64,000 nucleotides of DNA, from assembly GCA_040387595.1 (NCBI GenBank), contig JAZKDN010000014.1, forward strand, positions 9,082 through 73,081, in the 5' to 3' direction. This DNA comes from Pseudomonadota bacterium (lineage in GTDB: Bacteria; Pseudomonadota; Alphaproteobacteria; Sphingomonadales; Sphingomonadaceae). Of the stretch, positions 27,643-37,725 are shown one piece after another. The translations under genes were made by a program, and so were the position numbers. Every line of letters starts with the position of its first letter. The first letter of the stretch is position 1. The notes under the pieces are model-generated. The model was not told the DNA's origin. It worked only from the letters and a program-made list of their open reading frames with translations, and ran no database searches.

Positions 27643-27889
27643 ATCGATTGGCCAGCCGGAGCTCGACGGCGGTCTCGAACGGCACTTCTATCAGCATCCG
27701 TCCCTGCTCGTCGGTGACACGAATCATCCCGCCGAAATCCAGCAGACCACGGCTGAGCTCGTCACACAGGATCGAACGGATGCCGGACGTTGCCCGGTCT
27801 ATGGCAGCGGCAAGGTCCGGAAGGTCGACACCCTCCTCGTCACGCGTTTCGCCAGAGCCGTTGAAGACGTGAAAATAGAAATGCGGCAT
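27635..27889 (-). CDS. DUF6894-family small protein
   Basis: MPHFYFHVFNGSGETRDEEGVDLPDLAAAIDRA...IRVTDEQGRMLIEVPF matches the family pattern. 8-nt overlap with the downstream Crp gene. Confidence 0.7.
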   Translation of the reverse strand: MPHFYFHVFNGSGETRDEEGVDLPDLAAAIDRATSGIRSILCDELSRGLLDFGGMIRVTDEQGRMLIEVPFETAVELRLANRYV

Positions 27890-28108
27890 ATCTCCCGCAT
27901 AACTCCCCAATGGCCGTATCGGTCCACAAGGGGACCCGCAGGCGGTTGCACCACTGCCCAAACCCGGTGGCCCGAAGGAAGTTGCAGAAGCTCTGTCAAA
28001 ACTAACTTGCGGCAATCTCGTTCGGGCCGTTCGTCGTTAGGAGGAGCGCCATCGATCTTGCGCGGTGGCCGGTTGGCCCTCGCGCCCGGGGGGACGGCGA
28101 CACGCGGA

Positions 28109-28825
28109 ATGATTACGGACAGGTTCCTAAAGGGGCGTCGGGGCGTGACGCTCACCCCCGCCGAACGCAGCGCGATCGAAAAGGCCGTCAGCGAGATCAA
28201 GGATGTCACGCCGCGGACGGTCATGGTCGAGGCAGGGGAAACACTGCATCACAGCGCATTGATCATCGACGGACTGCTGTGCCGCACAATTTCCGATCGC
28301 GATGGCCTTCGGCAGTTCGTCGGCTTGCACCTGCCCGGCGATTTCGTCGATCTGCACAGCTATGCGCTGTCCCATCTGGAACATGACATATCGTCGGTCA
28401 CGCAGGCGCGTGTTGCGATCGTTCCGCACGACCGGATGGACATGTTGGTCACTGATACCGCCCTCGCCCGCAAGCTCTGGTTTTCGACCCTGCTCGACGC
28501 AGCGATGCACCGCGCGTGGCTGTTCCGTCTCGGCCGGCTTGATGCGATGGGTCGGGTGGCGCATTTCCTGTGCGAGACCAATGCGCGCATGCGCGCTGTC
28601 GGCCTGAGCGATGGGAAGCGTTTTCCGCTCGACCTGACACAGAATGATCTTGCCGAAATCTGCGGCGTTACGAACATCCACATGAACCGAATCCTGCGGC
28701 AGCTGCGCGAGGAAGGGCTTTGCCTGGTGCGATCCTCCTACGTCGAGATCAATCAGCTCGACCGGCTGATCCAGCGCGGTCAGTTCGACGATGCCTATCT
28801 TTATCTCGATGGGGGCCGGGACTGA
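28109..28825 (+). CDS. Crp/Fnr-family transcriptional regulator, paralog of 26887-27642
   Basis: Same architecture, with HTH LTQNDLAEICGVTNIHMNRILRQLREEGL. Start at ATG 28109, residue 195 of the track ORF. Confidence 0.85.
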   Translation: MITDRFLKGRRGVTLTPAERSAIEKAVSEIKDVTPRTVMVEAGETLHHSALIIDGLLCRTISDRDGLRQFVGLHLPGDFVDLHSYALSHLEHDISSVTQARVAIVPHDRMDMLVTDTALARKLWFSTLLDAAMHRAWLFRLGRLDAMGRVAHFLCETNARMRAVGLSDGKRFPLDLTQNDLAEICGVTNIHMNRILRQLREEGLCLVRSSYVEINQLDRLIQRGQFDDAYLYLDGGRD

Positions 28826-28940
28826 GCGCCTCGCCACCGACGATTAACCTGGATCATATCGGTACGACAACGGAATAGGCTAGATCAGATCCACTGCTTG
28901 AAGGGTACCGCCACGGTATTCCCAAATGATGGGATCGATC

Positions 28941-29204
28941 ATGCCGCTGACGCTTGGCTCTCGTATCGAAGGGGCACCCTGCCCCAGCTTCCACGCCTCT
29001 CTCGATGGCGAGCCGGTGATCATCCAACTCGACAATGGGGCTATTTCCAAGCTCACGGCGCGTGCCAGCGCCACCAGGACGAACATGATCCTCGAGGACA
29101 AGAAGGATCTGATCGGCGATGCGGCGAAGCGGCTGGCGGAAAGCGGGTTCATTACGCGGAACGGCAACGGCGTGGAAATCCTCGTCACCGCACTCGACCT
29201 TTAG
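28941..29204 (+). CDS. Small hypothetical protein (possibly DUF1488-like)
   Basis: ORF in a lower-GC stretch. MPLTLGSRIEG...ISKLTARASATRTNMILEDKKDLIGDAAKRLAESG resembles DUF1488 proteins only loosely. Confidence 0.4.
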   Translation: MPLTLGSRIEGAPCPSFHASLDGEPVIIQLDNGAISKLTARASATRTNMILEDKKDLIGDAAKRLAESGFITRNGNGVEILVTALDL

Positions 29205-29327
29205 AGCGGGGGACGGCACGCCGGTCGCTCCATAGACCGTATCTATATGGTGCCTTGCGGTCTTTCGATTTTCATATGATCGCGGCTTGCGATACATCGC
29301 CTCGGGTTCTGAGCGAGAGGATGTGCA

Positions 29328-29780
29328 ATGGCCGGCCGATGGTTTGACGAATGGGCGGTGGGCGACAGCCTGCAGCATGAAATCCGCCGCACCGTCACCG
29401 AGACCGACAACCTCCTCTTCTCGACGATGACGCACAATCCACAGCCGCTGCACATCGACCTGGAAGCGGCCAAGGCCAGCGAGTTCGGCCAGATTCTCGT
29501 CAACGGCACCTTTACTTTTGCGCTGATGGTCGGCCTTTCGGTCAGCGACACCACGCTCGGTACGATCGTCGCCAATCTGGGCTATGACAAGCTGGTGATG
29601 CCCAAGCCGGTGTTCATCGGCGATACGATGCGCGCGCAATCCGAAGTCGTCGAATTGCGCGACTCGCGTTCGCGTCCCGACGCCGGCATCGTCACCTTCC
29701 GTCACCAATTGATCAATCAGCGCGATGAAGTCGTCTGCGATTGTTTGCGCTTGGCATTGCTGCGCAGAAAACCTGCTTGA
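29328..29780 (+). CDS. MaoC-family (R-specific) enoyl-CoA hydratase/dehydratase
   Basis: Hotdog motif FSTMTHNPQPLHIDLEAAKASEFGQILVNG. Confidence 0.85.
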   Translation: MAGRWFDEWAVGDSLQHEIRRTVTETDNLLFSTMTHNPQPLHIDLEAAKASEFGQILVNGTFTFALMVGLSVSDTTLGTIVANLGYDKLVMPKPVFIGDTMRAQSEVVELRDSRSRPDAGIVTFRHQLINQRDEVVCDCLRLALLRRKPA

Positions 29781-29870
29781 AGGACCTTAGCGGATTGCTC
29801 GCAGCGCGAAAGCCGAGCGATGTGAACGCTGCCTCACAGGCACGTGGGTATCGATCAACGGATCATCGGC

Positions 29871-30134
29871 CTACGGCGCCTGGCCGTCCGCTTTCCGGTC
29901 GCGTTCGAGAGCTACCGCCAGGTCGCCGGGATCGACGGTAACCGTTCGCGTCATGCCGACGCTGCGGATATAAAGAAGCGTGGCGACGCGAACATAAACG
30001 GTTCGGTGGAGGGTCTCGATGACCTCCTCTTCGGTATCCACATCATAGATGCCGGCCTGCTGCGGCCCATCGAGGCCCCTGATCTCGAACGGATGAACGA
30101 AGCGAACCGTGGATCTTGTGGTGCGAAGGTCCAT
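29871..30134 (-). CDS. Conserved hypothetical protein (87 aa)
   Basis: A clean ORF with coding-like G/C third positions. It resembles a small alphaproteobacterial family of unknown function (VRFVHPFEIRGLDGPQQAGIYDVDTEEE). Confidence 0.5.
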   Translation of the reverse strand: MDLRTTRSTVRFVHPFEIRGLDGPQQAGIYDVDTEEEVIETLHRTVYVRVATLLYIRSVGMTRTVTVDPGDLAVALERDRKADGQAP

Positions 30135-30179
30135 AACCTCTAGACGCTCAGGCGGATGAGCGATTGGGTCATCCTGCGA

Positions 30180-30434
30180 TCACCCGTTAGGAATGCTGCG
30201 ATCGGGGTTACCGCCAAAATAATGGTCTGTGGACCGGGAGACGGGCGGGTGCGCCAAACGATGCAGACGAACGCTCTCGCCTCGCGCCTCGCGCGCCTCT
30301 GCGGCAAGCGCTTCGATGCCCCAGGCCTTCGCCGCCTTCACAGCTATCGCGCGCACATTTTCAAGCGCTGAACCGTTCGCGCGATCGAGATGGATGGCTT
30401 CCTGGGCCCGGCAAAGAGTGGCTGACGGATACAT
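30180..30434 (-). CDS. Small hypothetical protein (84 aa)
   Basis: ATG 30434 is the first start downstream of the groEL stop. No recognised domain. Confidence 0.4.
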   Translation of the reverse strand: MYPSATLCRAQEAIHLDRANGSALENVRAIAVKAAKAWGIEALAAEAREARGESVRLHRLAHPPVSRSTDHYFGGNPDRSIPNG

Positions 30435-30522
30435 GAAAATGTCCTTTCTCGATCGGGAAACGGAAATGAATTGTGCCTGTCCGCCTCGGCGGCATCGTCT
30501 TCGTGCAAAGGCGCTTAACCGT

Positions 30523-32245
<1,723 letters not shown>

Positions 32246-32270
32246 AGGCCGATTGGTCCCATCGCTGGTC

Positions 32271-32288
32271 AGCGACAATATTGTCGCT
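32271..32288. promoter_or_regulatory. Perfect 18-bp palindrome AGCGACAATATTGTCGCT in the groES-remnant leader
   Basis: Exactly self-complementary. It lies between the sigma32-like promoter and ATG 32245. It is not a CIRCE sequence. Confidence 0.45.
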
Positions 32289-32357
32289 TTCACAAGCGGG
32301 GAGCCAGCGCTGCCGATTTGCGATCCGGCGGTTGCAAGGGCAACAGCCAACACCCTT

Positions 32358-32387
32358 TAAATGGGGATATTACGCGCTCAATACAAG
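32358..32387 (-). promoter_or_regulatory. Sigma32 (RpoH)-type heat-shock promoter
   Basis: The minus strand reads CTTGTAT-N14-CCCCATTTA, against the consensus CTTGAAA-N13-15-CCCCATnTA. It lies about 113 nt upstream of the groES-remnant start. Confidence 0.6.
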
Positions 32388-32401
32388 GTCTGGCAGAGCG
32401 G

Positions 32402-32440
32402 CAAAAGATAAGGCCCCGGCCGTACGACCGAGGCCTTATC
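32402..32440 (-). terminator. Rho-independent terminator of the scoAB operon
   Basis: 9-bp stem GATAAGGCC/GGCCTTATC (32407-32415 / 32432-32440), followed on the minus strand by CTTTTG. It starts 21 nt after the scoB stop. Confidence 0.65.
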
Positions 32441-32460
32441 GATCTGTCGGAGCGATCCGG

Positions 32461-33096
32461 TCAGCTCAGATAATGCGCCGTCGTCTTGGCGGCGATTTCC
32501 TCGGCGGTGACCCCGGGGGCGATTTCGATCATCTTGAACGGCGCGCTGTGATCGGGGCGCTGGAAGACCGCAAGGTCGGTCACGATCATGTCGACCACAT
32601 TCTTGCCGGTGAGCGGCAAGGTGCAGGCCGGGATGAACTTGGGGCTGCCGTCCTTGGCGTTGTGCTCCATGACGACGATGATCTTCTTCACGCCGGCGAC
32701 GAGATCCATCGCGCCGCCCATGCCCTTGATCATCTTGCCGGGGATCATCCAGTTGGCGATGTCGCCGCCCTCGGACACTTCCATCGCGCCGAGCACGGTC
32801 AGGTCGATATGCCCGCCACGGATCATCGCGAAGCTGTCCGCCGACGAGAAATAGCTCGTCGAGGGAAGCTGGCTGATCGTCTGCTTGCCCGCGTTGATCA
32901 GGTCCGGATCGACCTCGTCGTCATAGGGAAACGGGCCGATGCCGAGCATGCCGTTTTCCGACTGCAGCGTGACGGTCATCCCCTCAGGAATATTGTTGGC
33001 CACAAGAGTCGGGATGCCGATGCCCAGATTGACGTAAAAGCCGTCCTGGAGTTCGCGGGCGGCGCGCGCCGCCATCTGATTGCGGTCCCAAGCCAT
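32461..33096 (-). CDS. scoB: 3-oxoacid CoA-transferase subunit B
   Basis: Active-site [13 protein letters not shown]. 211 aa. Confidence 0.9.
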   Translation of the reverse strand: MAWDRNQMAARAARELQDGFYVNLGIGIPTLVANNIPEGMTVTLQSENGMLGIGPFPYDDEVDPDLINAGKQTISQLPSTSYFSSADSFAMIRGGHIDLTVLGAMEVSEGGDIANWMIPGKMIKGMGGAMDLVAGVKKIIVVMEHNAKDGSPKFIPACTLPLTGKNVVDMIVTDLAVFQRPDHSAPFKMIEIAPGVTAEEIAAKTTAHYLS

Positions 33097-33803
33097 TACG
33101 CAGCCTCCCTCGAACGGGTCGTCCGGAATTCGATCTTCTTGTCGTAAGGCGCCCCCAGGATGAGGCGCTTCACATAGATGCTCGGCAGGTGGATGTGGTC
33201 GGGGTCGATGCTGCCGACCGGCACGATCTCCTCCACCTCGGCCACGCAGACTTTGCCCGACGTCGCCGCCGGCTGGTTGAAGTTGCGCGCGGTCTTGTTG
33301 AAGATCAGGTTGCCGGCCTCGTCGGCCTTCCAGCCCTTGATGATCGCCAGGTCGGAGCGGATGCCGCGTTCGAGCACATAGGTCTCGCCGTCGAACTCCT
33401 TGGTCTCCTTGCCTTCCGCAACGAGCGTGCCGACGCCGGTCTTGGTATAGAAACCCGGAATGCCGGCGCCGCCGGCGCGCATCCGCTCGGCCAGCGTGCC
33501 CTGCGGACAGAACTCGACCTCGAGCTCTCCCGCCAGATATTGCCGCTCGAACTCCTTGTTCTCGCCGACATAGGAACTGATCATCTTGCGGATCTGATGG
33601 GTGCGCAGCAACTTGCCGAGCCCTTCGCCATCGATGCCGGCATTGTTGGACGCGACCGTCAGGTCCTTGGTGCCGGCCGCGACGATCGCATCGATCAGAC
33701 GCTCCGGTATCCCGCAGAGGCCGAAGCCACCGGCGGAGATAGTCATTCCGTCAAACAACAGTCCGTCGAGCGCCTCTTTGGCGGTCGAATAAATCTTGGT
33801 CAT
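33096..33803 (-). CDS. scoA: 3-oxoacid CoA-transferase subunit A
   Basis: [31 protein letters not shown]. 1-nt overlap with scoB. Confidence 0.9.
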   Translation of the reverse strand: MTKIYSTAKEALDGLLFDGMTISAGGFGLCGIPERLIDAIVAAGTKDLTVASNNAGIDGEGLGKLLRTHQIRKMISSYVGENKEFERQYLAGELEVEFCPQGTLAERMRAGGAGIPGFYTKTGVGTLVAEGKETKEFDGETYVLERGIRSDLAIIKGWKADEAGNLIFNKTARNFNQPAATSGKVCVAEVEEIVPVGSIDPDHIHLPSIYVKRLILGAPYDKKIEFRTTRSREAA

Positions 33804-33833
33804 GGAAGGCTCCTCCCTGACGACAGGGGCTAG

Positions 33834-33870
33834 AGAAAGAAACTCATAAAATCCAATTGTAGTTTTCTTT
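33834..33870. promoter_or_regulatory. Imperfect inverted repeat AGAAAGAAAC-N18-GTTTTCTTT in the scoA/LysR divergent region
   Basis: AT-rich 88-bp intergenic region. The arms are nearly complementary. Candidate LTTR site. Confidence 0.3.
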
Positions 33871-33891
33871 GGTTATTCATAACCGACATAT

Positions 33892-34782
33892 ATGAGACGG
33901 ATTTCACTCTACCATCTCGAAACGCTGTTGTGGATCAGCCGTCTCGGCACGTTCGGCGCGGCGGCAGAACGGCTCAACACCACCCAGCCCGCCGTATCGG
34001 CCCGCATCCGCGAGATGGAAAACCAGATCGGCTTTCGCCTGTTCGAACGCGCCGGACGCAATATGGCGCTGACCGTGCGCGGCCGCGATCTCGTCCGCGA
34101 ATGCGAACCGCTCTGGGCGTCGATCGAGCGCACCTTCCTGCAATCGGGCCGCTTCGAGGGCGCGTCGGGCATCGTCCGGATCGGCGCGGGCGAGATCGCC
34201 GCGGCGACCTGCCTGCCGCCCTTCTTCGCCAGTCTGAAGGCGGACATGCCGCGCGTGACGTTCGAGGTCGAGATCGACCTGTCACACGGCCTGCTCCAGA
34301 AACTGCTCGGCGCCACCTGCGATCTGGTGTTCCTGGCCGGACCCGTCGCGAGTCCCAATATCGAGACCGCGCCGATCGGGGCGGTCGATCTCGTCTGGAT
34401 CGGCAGCCCGTCGCTGGCACATGACCGCGGTCTCGACAGCGCCTCCCCCGTGCTTTGGCTGCTGCACCGACATTCCCCGATCCATCGCGTCGCCCGCACA
34501 AGCCTGGAAGAGGCCGGGCATGGCGCCGCGACGATCAACAGCTGCAACAATGTCCGCTCGCTGATCGATATCGTCCTTGCGGGCGGCGGGATCAGCTTCG
34601 TGCCCGAGATCATGGCGCGCGACCATCTGCAGAGTGGCGCGCTGGTCCGCCTGCGCCCCGATCTGGACCGCGCGATCCCCTTCCATGCCGCGATCCGGGC
34701 GCAGGAGCGCGACCCTCTCGTCCGCGACATTTTCGAACGGGCGGCGACCCTTAGCATGGCTCGTGTCAGCCCCGATCCATGA
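33892..34782 (+). CDS. LysR-family transcriptional regulator
   Basis: HTH LETLLWISRLGTFGAAAERLNTTQPAVSARIREME. Confidence 0.9.
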   Translation: MRRISLYHLETLLWISRLGTFGAAAERLNTTQPAVSARIREMENQIGFRLFERAGRNMALTVRGRDLVRECEPLWASIERTFLQSGRFEGASGIVRIGAGEIAAATCLPPFFASLKADMPRVTFEVEIDLSHGLLQKLLGATCDLVFLAGPVASPNIETAPIGAVDLVWIGSPSLAHDRGLDSASPVLWLLHRHSPIHRVARTSLEEAGHGAATINSCNNVRSLIDIVLAGGGISFVPEIMARDHLQSGALVRLRPDLDRAIPFHAAIRAQERDPLVRDIFERAATLSMARVSPDP

Positions 34783-35233
34783 TGTTCAGGATCACCCATT
34801 CGGCGACGAGCGCCGGCCTGGGTTCGTCCTCGATCTCGATGGTGACGGTGAAGGTGGACTGCCACTGGCCGGGTTCGCGCTCGACCACCTTCGCGAGGAT
34901 AAAGCTGCCGCGCACCCGCCTGCCCGACCGGACGGGCTGGAGGAAGCGAACGGCATTGAGGCCGTAGTTCAGGCCCATTCGCGATCCTGCGATCAGCGGC
35001 ACCGCCGTATAGATCATGCCGCTGATCAACGAGAGGGTCAGGAAGCCGTGCGCGATCGTCCCGCCGAATGGCGTGGCCGCCGCCGCGACGGGATCGACAT
35101 GGACGAACTGATGATCGCGGGTGATGTCGGCGAAACCATCGATCATCGCCTGGTCGACGAGGATCCAGTCGGACCGGCCCACTTCGGCCCCGACAAGCCC
35201 GATATAGCGTCCCAGGTCGATTCTCGCGGTCAT
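34766..35233 (-). CDS. MaoC-like dehydratase (hotdog fold)
   Basis: FADITRDHQFVHVDPVAAAATPFGGTIAHG. Confidence 0.85.
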   Translation of the reverse strand: MTARIDLGRYIGLVGAEVGRSDWILVDQAMIDGFADITRDHQFVHVDPVAAAATPFGGTIAHGFLTLSLISGMIYTAVPLIAGSRMGLNYGLNAVRFLQPVRSGRRVRGSFILAKVVEREPGQWQSTFTVTIEIEDEPRPALVAEWVILNIMDRG

Positions 35234-35242
35234 GTCTCCCGC

Positions 35243-36148
35243 CTAGCTGTCGATGTTGTCGGCGTGAAGCTCACAGCTGATCTCGATCAGCCGCGCCAGT
35301 TCGCTGGAAATATCGCCCGACCGGTGGATCATCATGATCGGGGAGCGTGCGGCTTTATCGACGATAGGCACATAGGCGACGTCGTCGCGCTTCAGCCTCT
35401 GCACCGATTCCGGAACGATGCTCAGCCCGGCATGCGCGGCGACCAGACCGATGGCGGTCTGCAGTTCGCGCACTTCCTGAACGACCTCGGGCTGCAGGCC
35501 CAAATCATGGAAAATGCTCAATATCTGGTCGGCATAGCTCGGGCGCGCGGGGCGTGGATAGATGATCAGCGGTTCTTCGAGCAGGTCGGCGAGATGCAGC
35601 GGGCGGTCCAGAGTGGTCAATCGGTGATCGACCGGCACAACCGCGACCAAAGCCTCTTCGGCCAGGACGATCCGGCGGATCGCCGCATCCTCGAACCGCA
35701 ACCGACCGAAGCCGACATCGATCCGCCCCTCCTTCAACGCCGCGATCTGCTCGACCGTCGAGCATTCGATCACCGAAACCTCGACATGGGCGGCGGCGGC
35801 CCGAAACCGGCGGATCACCTCGGGCAAAAGCCCGAACAGGGTCGATCCGACGAAGCCGATGACGAAGCGGCGACGCCCCTTCCCCGCAATCTCGCGCATC
35901 ATGACGCGCAACTGATCCACCCCCGCCAGAACATGCACGGCATGTTCGTAGAGCAGCCGTCCGGCCTCGGTCAGCCGCAAGGGCCGGGAGTCGCGGTCGA
36001 ACAGCTCGACGCTGACCTCGTCCTCGAGCTGGCGGATCTGGCGGCTCAGCGGCGGCTGGGCGATGTTGAGGACCTCGGCCGCGCGGGTGAAGTTCCGCTC
36101 ATTGGCGACGGCGACGAAGTAGCGAAGGTGGCGCAATTCCATAACCAT
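35243..36148 (-). CDS. catR: LysR-type regulator of the cat operon (CatR/BenM-like)
   Basis: HTH LRHLRYFVAVANERNFTRAAEVLNIAQPPLSRQIRQLE. It lies divergent to catB. Confidence 0.85.
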   Translation of the reverse strand: MVMELRHLRYFVAVANERNFTRAAEVLNIAQPPLSRQIRQLEDEVSVELFDRDSRPLRLTEAGRLLYEHAVHVLAGVDQLRVMMREIAGKGRRRFVIGFVGSTLFGLLPEVIRRFRAAAAHVEVSVIECSTVEQIAALKEGRIDVGFGRLRFEDAAIRRIVLAEEALVAVVPVDHRLTTLDRPLHLADLLEEPLIIYPRPARPSYADQILSIFHDLGLQPEVVQEVRELQTAIGLVAAHAGLSIVPESVQRLKRDDVAYVPIVDKAARSPIMMIHRSGDISSELARLIEISCELHADNIDS

Positions 36149-36161
36149 ACCTACCGGGTAT
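36147..36161. promoter_or_regulatory. LTTR recognition site ATAC-N7-GTAT (ATACCTACCGGGTAT)
   Basis: A perfect match to the ATAC-N7-GTAT consensus of CatR/CatM/BenM-type regulators. It lies at the catR start, 85 nt upstream of catB. Confidence 0.6.
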
Positions 36162-36245
36162 CATGACGGACCGAAACAGTCCTGTGCTACCGTATCCGAC
36201 CATTTTAGAAAATCGTGGCATTCAAAGAAAACGATAAGAGAGAGC

Positions 36246-37397
36246 ATGGCTTTCAAGGTCGAGACAATTGATACCTGGATCGTCGATATTCCGACGATCC
36301 GTCCGCATGTCCTGTCGATGATCGCGATCAACAAGCAGGTTATGGTGATCGTGCGCGTCCATTGTAGTGACGGCATCGTCGGCATGGGCGAAGGCACGAC
36401 GATCGGCGGTCTCAGCTATGGCGACGAAAGTCCCGAAGGCATGAAGCTGACGATCGACGAATATGTCGCGCCGCTGGTCATCGGGCGCGAGGCGACCAAT
36501 ACCGCCTCGCTGATGGCGCTCGTCCGCCAATATGTCGTTGGCAATCATTTCGCGAAGAACGCGATCGAAACCGCACTGCTCGACGCCGAGGCGCAGCGCG
36601 CCGGCCTGCCGCTCAGCGAGTTGCTCGGCGGCCGCCTGCGCGATCGCCTTCCCGTATTGTGGACGCTCGCCAGCGGCGACACCGGCCGCGACATCGAGGA
36701 AGCCGAGGACATGCTGGCGCAGCGCCGCCACAACGTCTTCAAGCTCAAGATCGGCAAGCGCGCGCTCAAGGACGACGTCGCGCATGTCGCCGCGATCAAG
36801 CGCGCGATGGGCGACCGCGCATCGGTCCGCGTGGACGTGAACCAGGCCTGGGACGAGCCGACCGCACGGCTCGGCGCGCGCATGCTGGGCGATGCCGGCG
36901 TCGACCTGATCGAACAGCCGCTCCCCCGCGCCGACCGTGAAGGCATGCGCCGGCTCACCGCCTATTCACCGATCGCGATCATGGCCGACGAAGCGCTGCG
37001 CGGCCCGTCTGACGCGATGGACTTCGCGCGCGACCGCGGCGCCGACGCCTTCTCGATCAAGCCGCCGCAGGCCGGCGGCCTGTTCGCGGGCGGGCAGCTC
37101 GCTTCGATCGCCGCGGCGGCGCATATCGGCGTTTATGGCGGCACGATGCTGGAAGGCAGCGTTGGCACGATCGCCTGCGCCCATCTTTACGCCACCTTCG
37201 CCAAGCTGGAATGGGGCACCGAACTGTTCGGCCCACTCCTGCAGACCGAAGAGATCCTGACCGAGCGTCCGGTGTTCCGCGAGTTCGGGCTCGACCTTCC
37301 CACCGGTCCCGGCCTCGGCGTTGCGCTCGACATGGACAAGGTCCACCATTTCCGCCGTGACGGGCCCAATCGCACCGTCGTCGGCCAGTCCAGCTAA
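36246..37397 (+). CDS. catB: Muconate cycloisomerase
   Basis: Enolase-superfamily MLE pattern (FKLKIGKR, DVNQAW, IEQP, IMADE). Confidence 0.9.
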   Translation: MAFKVETIDTWIVDIPTIRPHVLSMIAINKQVMVIVRVHCSDGIVGMGEGTTIGGLSYGDESPEGMKLTIDEYVAPLVIGREATNTASLMALVRQYVVGNHFAKNAIETALLDAEAQRAGLPLSELLGGRLRDRLPVLWTLASGDTGRDIEEAEDMLAQRRHNVFKLKIGKRALKDDVAHVAAIKRAMGDRASVRVDVNQAWDEPTARLGARMLGDAGVDLIEQPLPRADREGMRRLTAYSPIAIMADEALRGPSDAMDFARDRGADAFSIKPPQAGGLFAGGQLASIAAAAHIGVYGGTMLEGSVGTIACAHLYATFAKLEWGTELFGPLLQTEEILTERPVFREFGLDLPTGPGLGVALDMDKVHHFRRDGPNRTVVGQSS

Positions 37398-37409
37398 GGA
37401 GTCTGCCTG

Positions 37410-37700
37410 ATGCTCTTTCAGGTTCATATGAACGTCAATGTTCCGGACCATATCGATCCGGCCGAGTTCGACGAGATCAAGGCCCGCGAGAAGGCCTATG
37501 CTGCGGAGCTGCAGAAAGAAGGAAAGTGGCGCCACCTGTGGCGGCACGTCGGCCATTATTCCAACACGAGCATTTTCGACGTGGAAAGCAACGAAGCGCT
37601 CCACAACCTGCTGACCGGCCTTCCGCTGTTCCCGTTCATGGATATCGAGGTGATCGCGCTGTGCCGCCATCCCTCTTCCATCCGTGACGACGACCGCTAA
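37410..37700 (+). CDS. catC: Muconolactone delta-isomerase
   Basis: MLFQVHMNVNVP...REKAYAAELQKEGKWRHLWR. 96 aa. Confidence 0.9.
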   Translation: MLFQVHMNVNVPDHIDPAEFDEIKAREKAYAAELQKEGKWRHLWRHVGHYSNTSIFDVESNEALHNLLTGLPLFPFMDIEVIALCRHPSSIRDDDR

Positions 37701-37725
37701 AAACACCCTTCCAAGGAGAGACGTG

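Noticed and set aside
26887-28825. The Crp/Fnr paralogs as oxygen-sensing FNR proteins, with an FNR box in the intergenic region.
   Set aside because: Neither protein has the N-terminal Cys-X2-Cys-X5-Cys cluster. I found no TTGAT-N4-ATCAA site in 27890-28108, only TTGC-N-GCAA fragments.
30435-30522. A possible EcfG (general stress sigma) promoter GGAAC-N16-17-CGTT upstream of the 84-aa gene.
   Set aside because: A CGTT lies 25 nt before the ATG, but the best -35 candidates (GGACA, GGCAC) are mismatched or wrongly spaced.
32246-32357. An expected CIRCE/HrcA element upstream of the chaperonin genes.
   Set aside because: No TTAGCACTC-N9-GAGTGCTAA-like sequence was found on either strand. Only the unrelated 18-bp palindrome is present.
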